Under the pieces are notes generated by a model. It had not been told where the DNA came from. It saw only the letters and a list, made by a program, of their open reading frames with translations, and did not search any database. The position numbers were made by a program, and so were the translations under genes. Positions 1 to 10,182 of a DNA stretch of 64,000 bases are shown here, in pieces (the first letter of the stretch is position 1; each line of letters begins with the position of its first letter). The DNA is from a virus: IMG/VR virus record IMGVR_UViG_3300028549_000507, positions 108,040-172,039 of that record, one strand, 5' to 3'.

Positions 1-650
1 GCATTATTGATATCTTTATATGCGTCACTAACATCATTATCAAGCGTCGTAAACATTGAACTTGTTGATTTCATAATAGATACCAGATTGATAATCTTAA
101 TATAAAGATTATTAAATTCATTTCTATTACCACCGTCACGCATATCTACATCTCTATAGAATGCTGGCATAACGAGTAGTTTACTCATGAATATCTGTTC
201 TTTTTCTAAACTCTTAATGAATCTGGATCTATTGAAACGTATACCAGACTTAACATCTCCAGTATCAAACTTCAATTTCTCCCAATTTTCATATAAGAAA
301 TCAACTCCAGATCCAACTTTAGCATCACTCGGAGCAACTCCTTCTACTTTACAGATGTCACCATCTTTGATATAGAATTCACCATCACCATTTATCAAAT
401 CCATATACTGTCTTTTAAGAGATTTCAACTCAAATAAACAGTGTGGATGAACGAATTTTACAGATAAATCGATATATGCAAATCTCTTTTTACGTTCTTC
501 TGTGCCCGGGAATCCAAATATCTCGTAAGACGCAAGTCCCTCAGGATCAGGTTCGCCCGGTCTTTCAAATATCTTAGAGGATACAACTTCAACAAGTCGT
601 TCACCTGCTATAAGTTTATCATCAACCTTTAAAATATCGTATTTAAACAT
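1..650 (-). CDS. rpoC: RNA polymerase beta' subunit N-terminal part (3'-truncated by window edge); probably virion RNAP
   Basis: Not in the ORF track. Hand translation from ATG at 650 is open to the window edge: MFKYDILKVDD...PDPEGLASYEIFG...FAYIDLSVKFVHP...LLVMPAFYRD...NEFNNLYIKII, matching beta' motifs GLFxxxIFG, GHIEL..P, LPVLPPDLRP and DLNDLYRRVI. Lies downstream of the late-type promoter at 1515-1526. Confidence 0.85.
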   Translation of the reverse strand, partial: MFKYDILKVDDKLIAGERLVEVVSSKIFERPGEPDPEGLASYEIFGFPGTEERKKRFAYIDLSVKFVHPHCLFELKSLKRQYMDLINGDGEFYIKDGDICKVEGVAPSDAKVGSGVDFLYENWEKLKFDTGDVKSGIRFNRSRFIKSLEKEQIFMSKLLVMPAFYRDVDMRDGGNRNEFNNLYIKIINLVSIMKSTSSMFTTLDNDVSDAYKDINN

Positions 651-665
651 AACTATTCTCCAAAA

Positions 666-1490
666 TTAAATTACAGATAAACCTTCGTTGAATATAGTTA
701 GTTCACTATTATTAGGACCAACTCTATCACTTTTATATAACTGGTATGCTACCTCGAAATATCCGGCTTCTATACCATTATGTACAGAAGGACCAATTAG
801 ATTGAGGTTATATCTATGAGAATCCTCAATATAATCGAATGCATGTCCTAAGTTTTGCAAAATAAAAATATCAACTTCTGCGCAATTTTTGACCAAAAAT
901 TCATATTCATTTTTATAATTATCCAATGTAGCTACACTAATTGGAATATTAAATCTTCCTGTAAAGTAATTATCGTAGAATGACTTTGCAAAGGATTCGA
1001 TTCCTTCAAAATGAGTTCTAAAACAGAGTAAGACATTCTTATATATAGGCTCACATCTAAAGAATGGCATAAAGAATGATGACGCTGGTGATTTTTTAAG
1101 GATCTCTGCGTAATTATCTTTTTGGAAATCTTTTATAAATTGATCAGTTAGAGTTACTTCATATTCCGTAAGGAAAAATGATTTAACAAATGTAATATAA
1201 TCAGTATTATCATATCCTCTGTAGAAGAATTTAGTGTAATCCCAAACTATACCGGCATCTTCATGAACGTATTCTAAAAGACATTCTACCAATCCTATAG
1301 TTGTGAACTGCATCATATCATCCCAAAACAATATGACGCTTTTCTTAGATTTTTCTTTTGGAGAAAACTTCTCTTCCATCTCACGATAATGTCCCATAGT
1401 CATTTCGGTATTATCGAACGTTATGGTTTCCTCATCACTTAACAGTCGTTTAAATATATTAGTGGCATTTTTCTCGGAACTTAGATTCAT
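666..1490 (-). CDS. hypothetical protein, possible degenerate HAD-fold protein
   Basis: 274 aa ORF with SD (AGAGG) and late promoter; VILFWDDMM resembles HAD motif I lacking the first Asp (weak). Confidence 0.6.
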   Translation of the reverse strand: MNLSSEKNATNIFKRLLSDEETITFDNTEMTMGHYREMEEKFSPKEKSKKSVILFWDDMMQFTTIGLVECLLEYVHEDAGIVWDYTKFFYRGYDNTDYITFVKSFFLTEYEVTLTDQFIKDFQKDNYAEILKKSPASSFFMPFFRCEPIYKNVLLCFRTHFEGIESFAKSFYDNYFTGRFNIPISVATLDNYKNEYEFLVKNCAEVDIFILQNLGHAFDYIEDSHRYNLNLIGPSVHNGIEAGYFEVAYQLYKSDRVGPNNSELTIFNEGLSVI

Positions 1491-1514
1491 ATCGCCCTCT
1501 TTTAATTTATTAAC

Positions 1515-1526
1515 TATTAATATGTT
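1515..1526 (-). promoter_or_regulatory. late-type promoter AACA-N6-TA
   Basis: Minus strand AACA-TATTAA-TA upstream of 666..1490; same motif recurs in 14 intergenic sites. Confidence 0.75.
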
Positions 1527-1542
1527 TTGGATATAATTATAT

Positions 1543-1574
1543 AAAAAAAAGAAGAGGAGACAAATGTCTCCTCT
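1543..1574 (-). terminator. intrinsic terminator
   Basis: AGAGGAGACA/TGTCTCCTCT inverted repeat followed by T-tract on minus strand, just after the stop of 1582..2298. Confidence 0.8.
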
Positions 1575-1581
1575 ATATTTT

Positions 1582-2298
1582 TTAGAAATCTAATTCATCA
1601 TCTTGATAAATACCATTACCGCCGCCACTATTGCCACCACCAGAATTTCCTCCACGAGGACTATATGTCGGTTTATTATAGCTTCCGCCGCCACTATTAC
1701 CGCCGCCATTTTTGTTAGCGACAACATTAAACAGTTTCTGCATAGAGGCGTTCTGCCACATGAACATTGACCATTGTGAAACAACGTTACACAGACGGAG
1801 GAATGTTACATCACCAACGTCAAAAGTTGTGCCGAATGATGTATTAGCTTCAACTTCCCCAACCAATCTCATATCACACAATACTACTGAATTAACTGTA
1901 GAGTTACGACCGACTGTAATCTGAATTCTCTTAACACCTTCAACTTCAACAGTGTCGAATTTGATTGTAGAGAATACTACAGGTTTACCATCAATATATC
2001 CACTTACATTCATGTAGAAATTGCTAATATCGCTGTATGGTTTTCCTGCACGATATTCTTCAACTCGACTTTTGAGGATAGACTGGAGCATACCGTTGAG
2101 GATAAAGATATGACTTTCTCCAATACTTACTTTATTATCCTTATTTTCAGAAGATTTTTCACCTTTCTTCCAAAAATTCATATTCAGTCTACCTGCATAT
2201 GCTCCAACATTGAAGCCGCAACCGCCATTGATTCCATCAAAGAACCCGTTTTCAATATTATATCCCATTGAAAGCGGTTTTGTAAAATTCTCAGACAT
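1582..2298 (-). CDS. putative single-stranded DNA-binding protein
   Basis: 238 aa; beta-rich body, Gly/Asn/Ser linker (GGNSGGG x3) and acidic-aromatic C-terminal tip YQDDELDF typical of SSBs; downstream of DNA polymerase. Confidence 0.6.
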   Translation of the reverse strand: MSENFTKPLSMGYNIENGFFDGINGGCGFNVGAYAGRLNMNFWKKGEKSSENKDNKVSIGESHIFILNGMLQSILKSRVEEYRAGKPYSDISNFYMNVSGYIDGKPVVFSTIKFDTVEVEGVKRIQITVGRNSTVNSVVLCDMRLVGEVEANTSFGTTFDVGDVTFLRLCNVVSQWSMFMWQNASMQKLFNVVANKNGGGNSGGGSYNKPTYSPRGGNSGGGNSGGGNGIYQDDELDF

Positions 2299-2311
2299 GG
2301 ATACCCTCGTT

Positions 2312-3553
2312 TTAAAAATTGTTTATAGGACTTGATACATTTGTTTCAAAAGATGTCATGGAATTTATTGTATCATATGTAGAAGATTGGTATTTAATAC
2401 CCCTAACGCCAGTTTCAATTCGTTTTTTGCTATTATCTCCAAGGAGAATTGTCAAATCGTATTTAAGATCGGTTAATCTACCGATTACTCTACAATTATC
2501 ACACATCATAACGATATCAGCTAACGCGTTTGATACGCCAAAGTCTTCAATAACATAAGAAATAAAGTCCACTATTATATCTGTTGGGGCTGGATTATAA
2601 TAAAATTTTACTGATGGTAGAACTAACCTATTAGTATCAGAATCAAATATGAAATCTACAGAGTTTATCTGGTATCTCTGGCAGATTCTGAATAATCTCG
2701 AGAATAATTCATTTATAAGGCTAGTCATTAAACTAAACTTAATATGTAATGGCATAAAGTCTTTCATAGTACTCATGACATTATTATCATTATCCAAATA
2801 AGTTAACTCGGAATTGACATTATTATCATATTCATAATCCAAATCACCTCTATCAGTTATTCTATTATGCACAAGCTTATGTCTAGTTGTAACACTATCG
2901 AATAAATGTTTTCCAGGGATTCTACCCGAATGAGTTATTATAGGATCTTCCCTATTAGCTTCAGCATGCATTCTGCTATAGAATTGTGGTTTCGGAATTG
3001 GCAATATAGTTTGGAAAGTATCTCCGTCAAAAGATACTTCCAATTTAGCAGCCATTTCCATAGTATTCATCGTGACACTTTTTCTAAAATGACTTGTGGA
3101 CAATTTCATATCCATCATATTTAGAATACTAACGCCCATCGGAGCAGATGTCATAGAACCATTATTATCCCATAGCCCTATGTATGACGTATACGCATTA
3201 AGTATTCTAAAATAAGAGTCATATATAGAAGAATCAGTAACAACTCCATCAGTTAGATCTGTAGTTATGGGTATTTGTATTTCCCCATTATACACGGTTT
3301 TACATAAAACTATGCCAGGATTAAAATTTGTATCATAGTTATATCTACCATCTAATACTGATAGATTTATCAATGTACATTTAACACTATGTATACCTTC
3401 AATAGCACTGCGTTTTAGATCCACATCGGAATGTAGGATTATGACACGTTTTCTATCCAAAATATCTACACAACCATTAAATGAATCATCGTATAATAAA
3501 CCTATACTTTCCTCATCTATAATATTTTCTTTAGATATAGTTGGAATAAACAT
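2312..3553 (-). CDS. hypothetical protein
   Basis: 413 aa ORF with GGAGG SD; no recognised motif. Confidence 0.75.
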   Translation of the reverse strand: MFIPTISKENIIDEESIGLLYDDSFNGCVDILDRKRVIILHSDVDLKRSAIEGIHSVKCTLINLSVLDGRYNYDTNFNPGIVLCKTVYNGEIQIPITTDLTDGVVTDSSIYDSYFRILNAYTSYIGLWDNNGSMTSAPMGVSILNMMDMKLSTSHFRKSVTMNTMEMAAKLEVSFDGDTFQTILPIPKPQFYSRMHAEANREDPIITHSGRIPGKHLFDSVTTRHKLVHNRITDRGDLDYEYDNNVNSELTYLDNDNNVMSTMKDFMPLHIKFSLMTSLINELFSRLFRICQRYQINSVDFIFDSDTNRLVLPSVKFYYNPAPTDIIVDFISYVIEDFGVSNALADIVMMCDNCRVIGRLTDLKYDLTILLGDNSKKRIETGVRGIKYQSSTYDTINSMTSFETNVSSPINNF

Positions 3554-3567
3554 CTATCCTCCAATCT

Positions 3568-3774
3568 TTACCGATCAATCTTCAAATCAGCGTTACATCG
3601 TCCGGCTTTGTCAAGAATGAGCCATCTTACGAGATTAACTAAATCTCTCTTAGAATGACGTTCTCCAACAAGCGTCATTGCAAGCATATCGGCTGCAAAT
3701 CCTTCAGGAGTATCAAGCTCCATAGGATGAGATGCGGTTATCTCATCCTCATAAGTCATCTTTTTTTCACTCAT
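3568..3774 (-). CDS. small hypothetical protein
   Basis: 68 aa, GGAG SD, fills the gap between neighbours, preceded by an early-type motif. Confidence 0.7.
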   Translation of the reverse strand: MSEKKMTYEDEITASHPMELDTPEGFAADMLAMTLVGERHSKRDLVNLVRWLILDKAGRCNADLKIDR

Positions 3775-3809
3775 AGGTTCTCCATAGTAAATTGTAATTT
3801 GTCAATATT

Positions 3810-3825
3810 CTATATATATTTAAAA
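3810..3825 (-). promoter_or_regulatory. early-type promoter motif
   Basis: Minus strand TTTTAAATATATATAG, similar to motifs at 11348, 16218, 18337, 31254, 33928 and 46244. Confidence 0.5.
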
Positions 3826-5838
3826 TTACAATATGGTTAATGGTGATATATGATTTCTAGAACTATTAACTCTGTTAATATATATCCCTATACTTGGTAG
3901 TAACGATGTTAATGAATTAACATGTCTTTCAACAATATTATTCACATCAATAATATCAACTAACCAAGGTGGGAGTTTTTCAAGAGTATCAGGTACAGCA
4001 ACAGTTCTAAGTCCAAATTTTACAAGATCTGGATGAGGTGGTAGATCGAAAATTGCAGCTTTCAATGCATGTCTCACACTATCATCCTTAACCATATAAA
4101 GATCGGCAACCTTCTCGACTTTAGTTTTAAATACATAAATCTTATTATAAGGTTCAATCTTATTGCTAGGATAAAGATGATTCCAGATCTCAACACCTCT
4201 GATTCTACTATCACTATATGGGTTAGATTTCATACTATTCTTATAGGACGAAGTTATCCCAAATGTAACATCTCCCGAAAGTAGGCTATTTCGTATAGAT
4301 GATTCTAAATCATATATACGTTTCATAATACGCATCACAGAAACATCTTTTACAGAATGAATCTCTTTGAATATTATATCATTCATAGTCTTACTAACGA
4401 ATTTATTCATATTAGAACCGGTCAAAGCTAGTCCAGTATTATTAACTTTATTAACAATAACACCTTCTCTTAACACAGTCCATGCTGAATAATTCTTCTT
4501 AATGAATGGGTATAGTATCAAACTCTTAAAGAAGAATTCATTTTTCAATGCAATTCGTTGACAATGCTCTTTTGGAACATAGCAATTTCTTGCCATATTT
4601 CTACCCATAAAATTACATATGTCAGTAGATATATAGTTCATGATATTAGCAGCACGGTAAACGTCAGACTCATCATAATATGTATCAAATTTATAGTCTC
4701 CAACTGAAGCCACAAAACCTGTCCATTCATCCAATCGCACGATGATTGAGTCTGTATCAGAGATTGGTACGATATATCTTCCACGATTAACATATTTATC
4801 AACTCTATCATAAGTTCCTATAGGAGTTGTTACAAAGTGTTGAAGTACCTCACACAATTCATCCAGTTTTGGAATATATGCACAAGACTCATTCTTAACC
4901 ATAACTTCTCTAAGAGGGGAGTTGAATTCCAATTTAGCTTTCATAATTCTATTAATGATATCCATAACATCAACATTCATACTTAAGAATTTGTATAGAT
5001 TATATCTATAATAAAAACTTATAGCTTTAGAAGGATCTTTGGATATATTTAAAGCTAAAAGGTATAGTGATTTACTATTCTTAGCAACCTCACGCTCATG
5101 CTCAGGAACAAATGCCAACAATTCAATCATTCGAACTTTAATCTGTTCAAACGTTGGTACTACGATATTATATTTAGTTATAAAATCGATAGACATTGGT
5201 AAATTCAGTATCTCATTTATATATGAGTAGAACTCATTCATATCTTTGAATACCATATTATTGCCAAGAAGCTTCTCAACAGTCCATAGCATTTCAGAAA
5301 TCAATTCTCTCGCTTGGAGAGTGATCATTGAACTAGAGTCTGGAGAGTAGAAGAATCCTCCGGGCATAGTCGTAATACCATATGAAGAGTTATTATTCTC
5401 TTTTCTTGTATTTTGCAAGTTATCATTTTTACGAATACCGCCAACATCATTAGCTTCTTCGGCAATAAGTAGAAGTTTCTTTAAGTCACTTCGCTGTTTA
5501 AGCCATAGTATTAGAAGCTCGGATAGCTCTGACATCCTTACATAATGTCTAACCGTAAAGGTTCCATTTGCACCAATTATAAGGTGATTATCCTGAACCA
5601 TTATAAGTACGTCGTTAAGTTCCATTTCCCAAAAACGTTCTTCGTAAATATTTCGCATTTTCGCAATAGGATTATGTGATTTAGCAAGTATTTCATCAAG
5701 GTATCTATTGATTCCATCTTCCTTAATCCCATCATTCCCATAAATATTACGAAGCGTCTCTTTAACCTTAAGTTTCCAAAAAGCTTTAAGAGTCATACCT
5801 GCTGATTGAGGTATCTTATCTTCAATACTAATATCCAT
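3826..5838 (-). CDS. family B DNA polymerase, polymerase-domain half of a split phiKZ-type enzyme
   Basis: 670 aa; motif B RKENNNSSYG, ITLQARE, motif C ISDTDS, LKNEFFF, KKNY; no exonuclease motifs recognised. Confidence 0.85.
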   Translation of the reverse strand: MDISIEDKIPQSAGMTLKAFWKLKVKETLRNIYGNDGIKEDGINRYLDEILAKSHNPIAKMRNIYEERFWEMELNDVLIMVQDNHLIIGANGTFTVRHYVRMSELSELLILWLKQRSDLKKLLLIAEEANDVGGIRKNDNLQNTRKENNNSSYGITTMPGGFFYSPDSSSMITLQARELISEMLWTVEKLLGNNMVFKDMNEFYSYINEILNLPMSIDFITKYNIVVPTFEQIKVRMIELLAFVPEHEREVAKNSKSLYLLALNISKDPSKAISFYYRYNLYKFLSMNVDVMDIINRIMKAKLEFNSPLREVMVKNESCAYIPKLDELCEVLQHFVTTPIGTYDRVDKYVNRGRYIVPISDTDSIIVRLDEWTGFVASVGDYKFDTYYDESDVYRAANIMNYISTDICNFMGRNMARNCYVPKEHCQRIALKNEFFFKSLILYPFIKKNYSAWTVLREGVIVNKVNNTGLALTGSNMNKFVSKTMNDIIFKEIHSVKDVSVMRIMKRIYDLESSIRNSLLSGDVTFGITSSYKNSMKSNPYSDSRIRGVEIWNHLYPSNKIEPYNKIYVFKTKVEKVADLYMVKDDSVRHALKAAIFDLPPHPDLVKFGLRTVAVPDTLEKLPPWLVDIIDVNNIVERHVNSLTSLLPSIGIYINRVNSSRNHISPLTIL

Positions 5839-5859
5839 CCAAACTCTCCTTTAAACTAA

Positions 5860-5918
5860 CATTAAGGTGTTTTCTGATTTATATTTTTAAATCCCCTCAT
5901 CTTAGAAACATTATAATG
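5860..5918. promoter_or_regulatory. divergent pair of late-type promoters
   Basis: Minus strand AACA-CCTTAA-TG (5860-5871) toward polB; plus strand AACA-TTATAA-TG (5907-5918) toward the 5952 gene. Confidence 0.75.
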
Positions 5919-5951
5919 AATTAAAATTATCCCCAGTATATGGAGCAAGTT

Positions 5952-6416
5952 ATGAGTAAAAATTTCGAAGTTACAAAAGCAATGCTTAAACATTGTCCTT
6001 CACTCGTAAGAAGTGAAGAAACCGTACACCAGTTGGTCATGCGTGGATTCCTCGATATGCATACTGGAATGGAATCTATTGATATCCTTAAATCTCTCGA
6101 AGATGATGATCAGGTAGGACATGAAGCAGAACCTGCAACTGAAGCAGAACCATCTGATGGTCTCAAATTCCCAGATATCCATGCTGCTGTAGTTATCAAA
6201 ACTACAATGGAACTCGCATCTGGTGATGAGAAAGAAGCATTCAATCGTAAGCTTGATGAACTCAATCTCGCATTCCAGACAGCTTTTAAAAGACGTAAAG
6301 CGGATATCATCCGTCTCGTAAAAGAAGTTGTTGAAATTGACGGTGCCGTAAATGATGAAGCAGTAGCTATTGCTAAAGCAATCAAAGATGATCAGATCGT
6401 AGTTATCAAACGATAA
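5952..6416 (+). CDS. hypothetical protein (late gene)
   Basis: ORF track start 5940; ATG at 5952 has a GGAG SD; own promoter and terminator; short EAEP duplication. Confidence 0.75.
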   Translation: MSKNFEVTKAMLKHCPSLVRSEETVHQLVMRGFLDMHTGMESIDILKSLEDDDQVGHEAEPATEAEPSDGLKFPDIHAAVVIKTTMELASGDEKEAFNRKLDELNLAFQTAFKRRKADIIRLVKEVVEIDGAVNDEAVAIAKAIKDDQIVVIKR

Positions 6417-6423
6417 TACATTA

Positions 6424-6454
6424 ATAAATACCGGGAGTATATCCCGGTATTTAT
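6424..6454. terminator. bidirectional terminator between convergent genes
   Basis: 13-bp perfect inverted repeat ATAAATACCGGGA/TCCCGGTATTTAT. Confidence 0.8.
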
Positions 6455-6473
6455 ATATATTTTAATGACGTTA

Positions 6474-7316
6474 TTAAGCTAATGCTCCGATATACTTATT
6501 AACAATTGTTAATATAGCATTTTTTACATCACCATTTGAATCATCTATAAGTAATGCGGAATCTCTAAGATTAGTAATATCTCCTGAAATAATATCTAGG
6601 AGGTCGTTCAAACGATCTCTTTCACCATCTAATATAGATTCTTTATTTATAACAGTTAATTCCTTGGCAGCCAATGCTACTTCTTTATCAGCTAGATTAC
6701 TTATACGTTTTCTAAAACTAGACTCAGATATATCATTAGCTCTCTTAGAATCTTCGTAACTCTTAGTTTTTGATTCAACATATTCATTATAACTTGTAAG
6801 TTCTCTTAAAGTCTTTGACGTTTCAAAGTAAACATTTACAGGATAATCGCCAAATTCTTTAATATTTCTAAGAGATTTCTTTAAATCTTTTTCAAGATTT
6901 TGAAAGAATTCTCCTCTATCATACGTAAGAGCACTATAAGATATAACATCCTCAACTCTTACAATAATTTTATCACACTCAATAAGTCTATCAGTCCTAT
7001 CAAAGTTTATAGTAAACTTAGGAATTAGTATAGGATCAGTGTCTTCAACTATCCCTTGAATAGGATCATCTTTAACAAGAACCGCTACATATATAGTAGG
7101 CTCTACTTGTAGAGTTGTTACATATGTCGATATACTCATACCATGTCTAGCAAAATACTCAGAGAAAATAGAGTCTACACTATAGTATTTACCTTGTTCT
7201 TCTGAGGTTATCGCGACTATTTTAACTGTTGCGAATTCCGGATTATCACTATCCCATGGAGTCTTATATCTAACATTATAAAACTCCCCTATATTAAGTC
7301 TATTCATCAAAACCAT
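6474..7316 (-). CDS. hypothetical protein with C-terminal coiled coil, probably virion-associated
   Basis: 280 aa; third gene of the late unit starting at 10125-10136. Confidence 0.7.
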   Translation of the reverse strand: MVLMNRLNIGEFYNVRYKTPWDSDNPEFATVKIVAITSEEQGKYYSVDSIFSEYFARHGMSISTYVTTLQVEPTIYVAVLVKDDPIQGIVEDTDPILIPKFTINFDRTDRLIECDKIIVRVEDVISYSALTYDRGEFFQNLEKDLKKSLRNIKEFGDYPVNVYFETSKTLRELTSYNEYVESKTKSYEDSKRANDISESSFRKRISNLADKEVALAAKELTVINKESILDGERDRLNDLLDIISGDITNLRDSALLIDDSNGDVKNAILTIVNKYIGALA

Positions 7317-7319
7317 AGA

Positions 7320-8735
7320 TTATCCTCTCTTATACGCATGAAGTACGAATGTCATACCGAGCATATCAAATTTAATACTAGAAATGATATCAATGTTACC
7401 ATCTCTAACCCTATCGACTCTGAAATTTAGAGATGGATTTAAGTTTAATGCTTTAGATATTTCATCATCATTCATATAGACAAAATCAACCCAATCATTC
7501 ACGCCTATAAGATATTTGACGAAAAGTTTAATATGGAATGAGAATGATTCCCAAACAACACTATCAGACTTTGCACCAGTAAATCTATTGTTATAATTTG
7601 GAAACAATGTTTGTATAGGATGAGTAACGATATCGGAATGAGCTACAAATGGGAATAATATATTTTTATCAGCTTTACTGGTAATGTTGAATATATCATC
7701 TTTAGAGTTGGCACATTCGATATTAAATACATCAATATTATCCCCAACAGTTAGAATCTCATTATCATCCAAGTCAAGTATATTCATAATATTGGATATA
7801 CTTAGAATATTGGAAGATAGTGAACCTATAGTTCCATCATTATTTACAAAATATGCTGGAAATATATTAACATCTCCAACTGTAAATAGGTCTGGATAGT
7901 CTCTAACCAAGTATTGGTTAGCTACAATTCCATATAACAGCAAATACTTATCAGTAAGATATCCCTTAATGGCCGATATTTTTTGTTGGTCAAGAGGTTG
8001 ATATTTGTCCGATAGGTGACAATATATGAAGAATGTTCTTACATATGAATATACGAAAGTAGTACCTTCATGATGTCTATATGTAGTATTAAACTTCGAT
8101 ATATTTGTATAATTTCTATCACTTTCAAATTTGAATGGAGAATCTATAGGATCATTCATTAAATTTGATAAACTGGTAGTACTAACTGTATAATTATTTT
8201 CATCATGAGTTATATCATAGTATCCGATCTTATTCCAATTGTAGAAAATAAGATCATCAGGAGTAAGATATATCGTCATTGAGTAATTGTTATCAAGTAT
8301 TTTATACTGAAAATTTAGTTTAGATATTCTATTTGGAATGTATAAACTTCTATGCACCGCAAGACTACCCGCGGTATAATTCGGTAATGTATCAAGAATT
8401 CTAGATATTTCTAAATCAGTTTTAGAATGATCCAAATTTATCTGTGATAATTTGTTAGTAAGAGCATTGATACCGCTAGTATCGAAATCTGTTATATTTG
8501 CGATATATTCATCGCTTTCAAACATATTCTCTATAACAAGATTATTATAACCATTAACTAAACTGTGCGGTTTTATTAGAAAACTAAAGACATCACTAAT
8601 AGAGTAGTCAAATATAGGATTTACTGCATCGGCTACAGTAAATCCAAATTTAGATTTAAATGAACTACCATTAGGGATATCTAAAGATTTATTTTCATAA
8701 TAAAACCCTACCATTGTAAAAGTAGGAGTTGACAT
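7320..8735 (-). CDS. putative virion structural protein (paralog of 8737..10092)
   Basis: 471 aa; shares GFYYE, KFGF, PIF, IS.V, KP and YPDLFT..DVNI with its neighbour. Confidence 0.7.
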   Translation of the reverse strand: MSTPTFTMVGFYYENKSLDIPNGSSFKSKFGFTVADAVNPIFDYSISDVFSFLIKPHSLVNGYNNLVIENMFESDEYIANITDFDTSGINALTNKLSQINLDHSKTDLEISRILDTLPNYTAGSLAVHRSLYIPNRISKLNFQYKILDNNYSMTIYLTPDDLIFYNWNKIGYYDITHDENNYTVSTTSLSNLMNDPIDSPFKFESDRNYTNISKFNTTYRHHEGTTFVYSYVRTFFIYCHLSDKYQPLDQQKISAIKGYLTDKYLLLYGIVANQYLVRDYPDLFTVGDVNIFPAYFVNNDGTIGSLSSNILSISNIMNILDLDDNEILTVGDNIDVFNIECANSKDDIFNITSKADKNILFPFVAHSDIVTHPIQTLFPNYNNRFTGAKSDSVVWESFSFHIKLFVKYLIGVNDWVDFVYMNDDEISKALNLNPSLNFRVDRVRDGNIDIISSIKFDMLGMTFVLHAYKRG

Positions 8736-8736
8736 A

Positions 8737-10092
8737 TTATACTGCCTTTGATACTATAAATTTTACACTATTAAAATTGAAAGTTACAGTATTAGTGGAA
8801 GAAACATACGTTACTTGGTTCTCTATAAGTGTCGTCGGAATTGTCACATTCTTAGTAACCTTATCAACGGCAATCTTTAAGAGTTTATAAAACTTTTCAC
8901 TAGCATTACACGCCGAGAATGCTTTAGTATCGATATCCGAATACATATTATAAGCATTGCTTAATACGACTGATATAGGTCTAGTTTGATCGGCTATAGC
9001 AACATTATAAGCTATAGCCATTGTCGAAATATCTGTAAGATTCGGTCGATATATAGGAAGCATTTCTGCATTTTTAAAATTGTTATCAGTAGAGTTCACG
9101 CCATTTCTAACAAGAATATCCGTTATATCTTTAACATTATAGGGAACTTTATTTGTAATATTTGGAGTATATACTGCCAAGATATTCACATCTTTATTAG
9201 TAAATAAATCCGGGTAATGATCAATAGCTAAATTAAAATCATTATTATAAGCCGCTAATACAAATTTACGTATTTCATCAAGAATGATATTTGTATTAGT
9301 AGATATATCCTCCAATGAATATAGGAAGAATATATGATCATAAAATTTAGCAGCATTTATCGATTTTCTAAGTGGATAATATTTAACAACGTAACTGGTC
9401 TTATGGTCGTATCGAGCATTGCCGAATATATCGATATGTTTTTGACTAATCTTGGTTTCCCATTCACCTTTAGATATAGTATCCCAACCTGGAGTTTCAT
9501 ATGCATCACTATCGGTATACAGGTATACTTCAATACGATTTATATACTCATCAGCGAGTAGTTCGTCCGGGTTAAAGAATATTTCAAACATAACAGGATC
9601 AAGTGTAGCAGTAACATCCAAGTCAAGTTTAAACATCACCTTCTTAATACGTCCAGCGCCCATAGTATCATCTAACACAACTTGAAGAGTATCTTTTACA
9701 TAATATGACCAATTTGTACTATTAGTATTTACATAATTTACAATATTTGTTTCAGGTGTACCATCATTGTTTACATCCGAATTAAACTGATACTTGTAAA
9801 GGAGTGATATAATCAACATAGCTTGATCAAATGCGGTCGCCCAATCACTCTGTTTGAAGGTTGTAGAGTCTACACTATATATGAGATTTCCAAAGTTACC
9901 ATTTGCATTGGCGAATGTGCTAATTGGTTTCTTGAAAATATCATTAACTTTACTTATAGTTGTTTCAAATATAGGTACATTTACTCCGGTGTTGAATCCG
10001 AATTTTTCAAACGGACTATGACTTTTATTATAATCCTGTGATCCTATTTCGTAATAGAATCCTTTAATCTTTTCAAAATCAGATATAGACAT
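8737..10092 (-). CDS. putative virion structural protein (paralog of 7320..8735)
   Basis: 451 aa; AAGGAG SD, late promoter, shared motifs as above. Confidence 0.7.
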   Translation of the reverse strand: MSISDFEKIKGFYYEIGSQDYNKSHSPFEKFGFNTGVNVPIFETTISKVNDIFKKPISTFANANGNFGNLIYSVDSTTFKQSDWATAFDQAMLIISLLYKYQFNSDVNNDGTPETNIVNYVNTNSTNWSYYVKDTLQVVLDDTMGAGRIKKVMFKLDLDVTATLDPVMFEIFFNPDELLADEYINRIEVYLYTDSDAYETPGWDTISKGEWETKISQKHIDIFGNARYDHKTSYVVKYYPLRKSINAAKFYDHIFFLYSLEDISTNTNIILDEIRKFVLAAYNNDFNLAIDHYPDLFTNKDVNILAVYTPNITNKVPYNVKDITDILVRNGVNSTDNNFKNAEMLPIYRPNLTDISTMAIAYNVAIADQTRPISVVLSNAYNMYSDIDTKAFSACNASEKFYKLLKIAVDKVTKNVTIPTTLIENQVTYVSSTNTVTFNFNSVKFIVSKAV

Positions 10093-10124
10093 TTTAGTCT
10101 CCTTTAAAGATTTTATTTATCATA

Positions 10125-10136
10125 CATTATAATGTT
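10125..10136 (-). promoter_or_regulatory. late-type promoter AACA-N6-TG
   Basis: Minus strand AACA-TTATAA-TG. Confidence 0.75.
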
Positions 10137-10141
10137 TTGAT

Positions 10142-10173
10142 AAAAAAAAAGGAGACGTATTATATACGCCTCC
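10142..10173 (-). terminator. intrinsic terminator of tubulin gene
   Basis: Minus strand GGAGGCGTAT/ATACGTCTCC hairpin (one G-U) followed by T9. Confidence 0.8.
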
Positions 10174-10182
10174 AAATTAATA

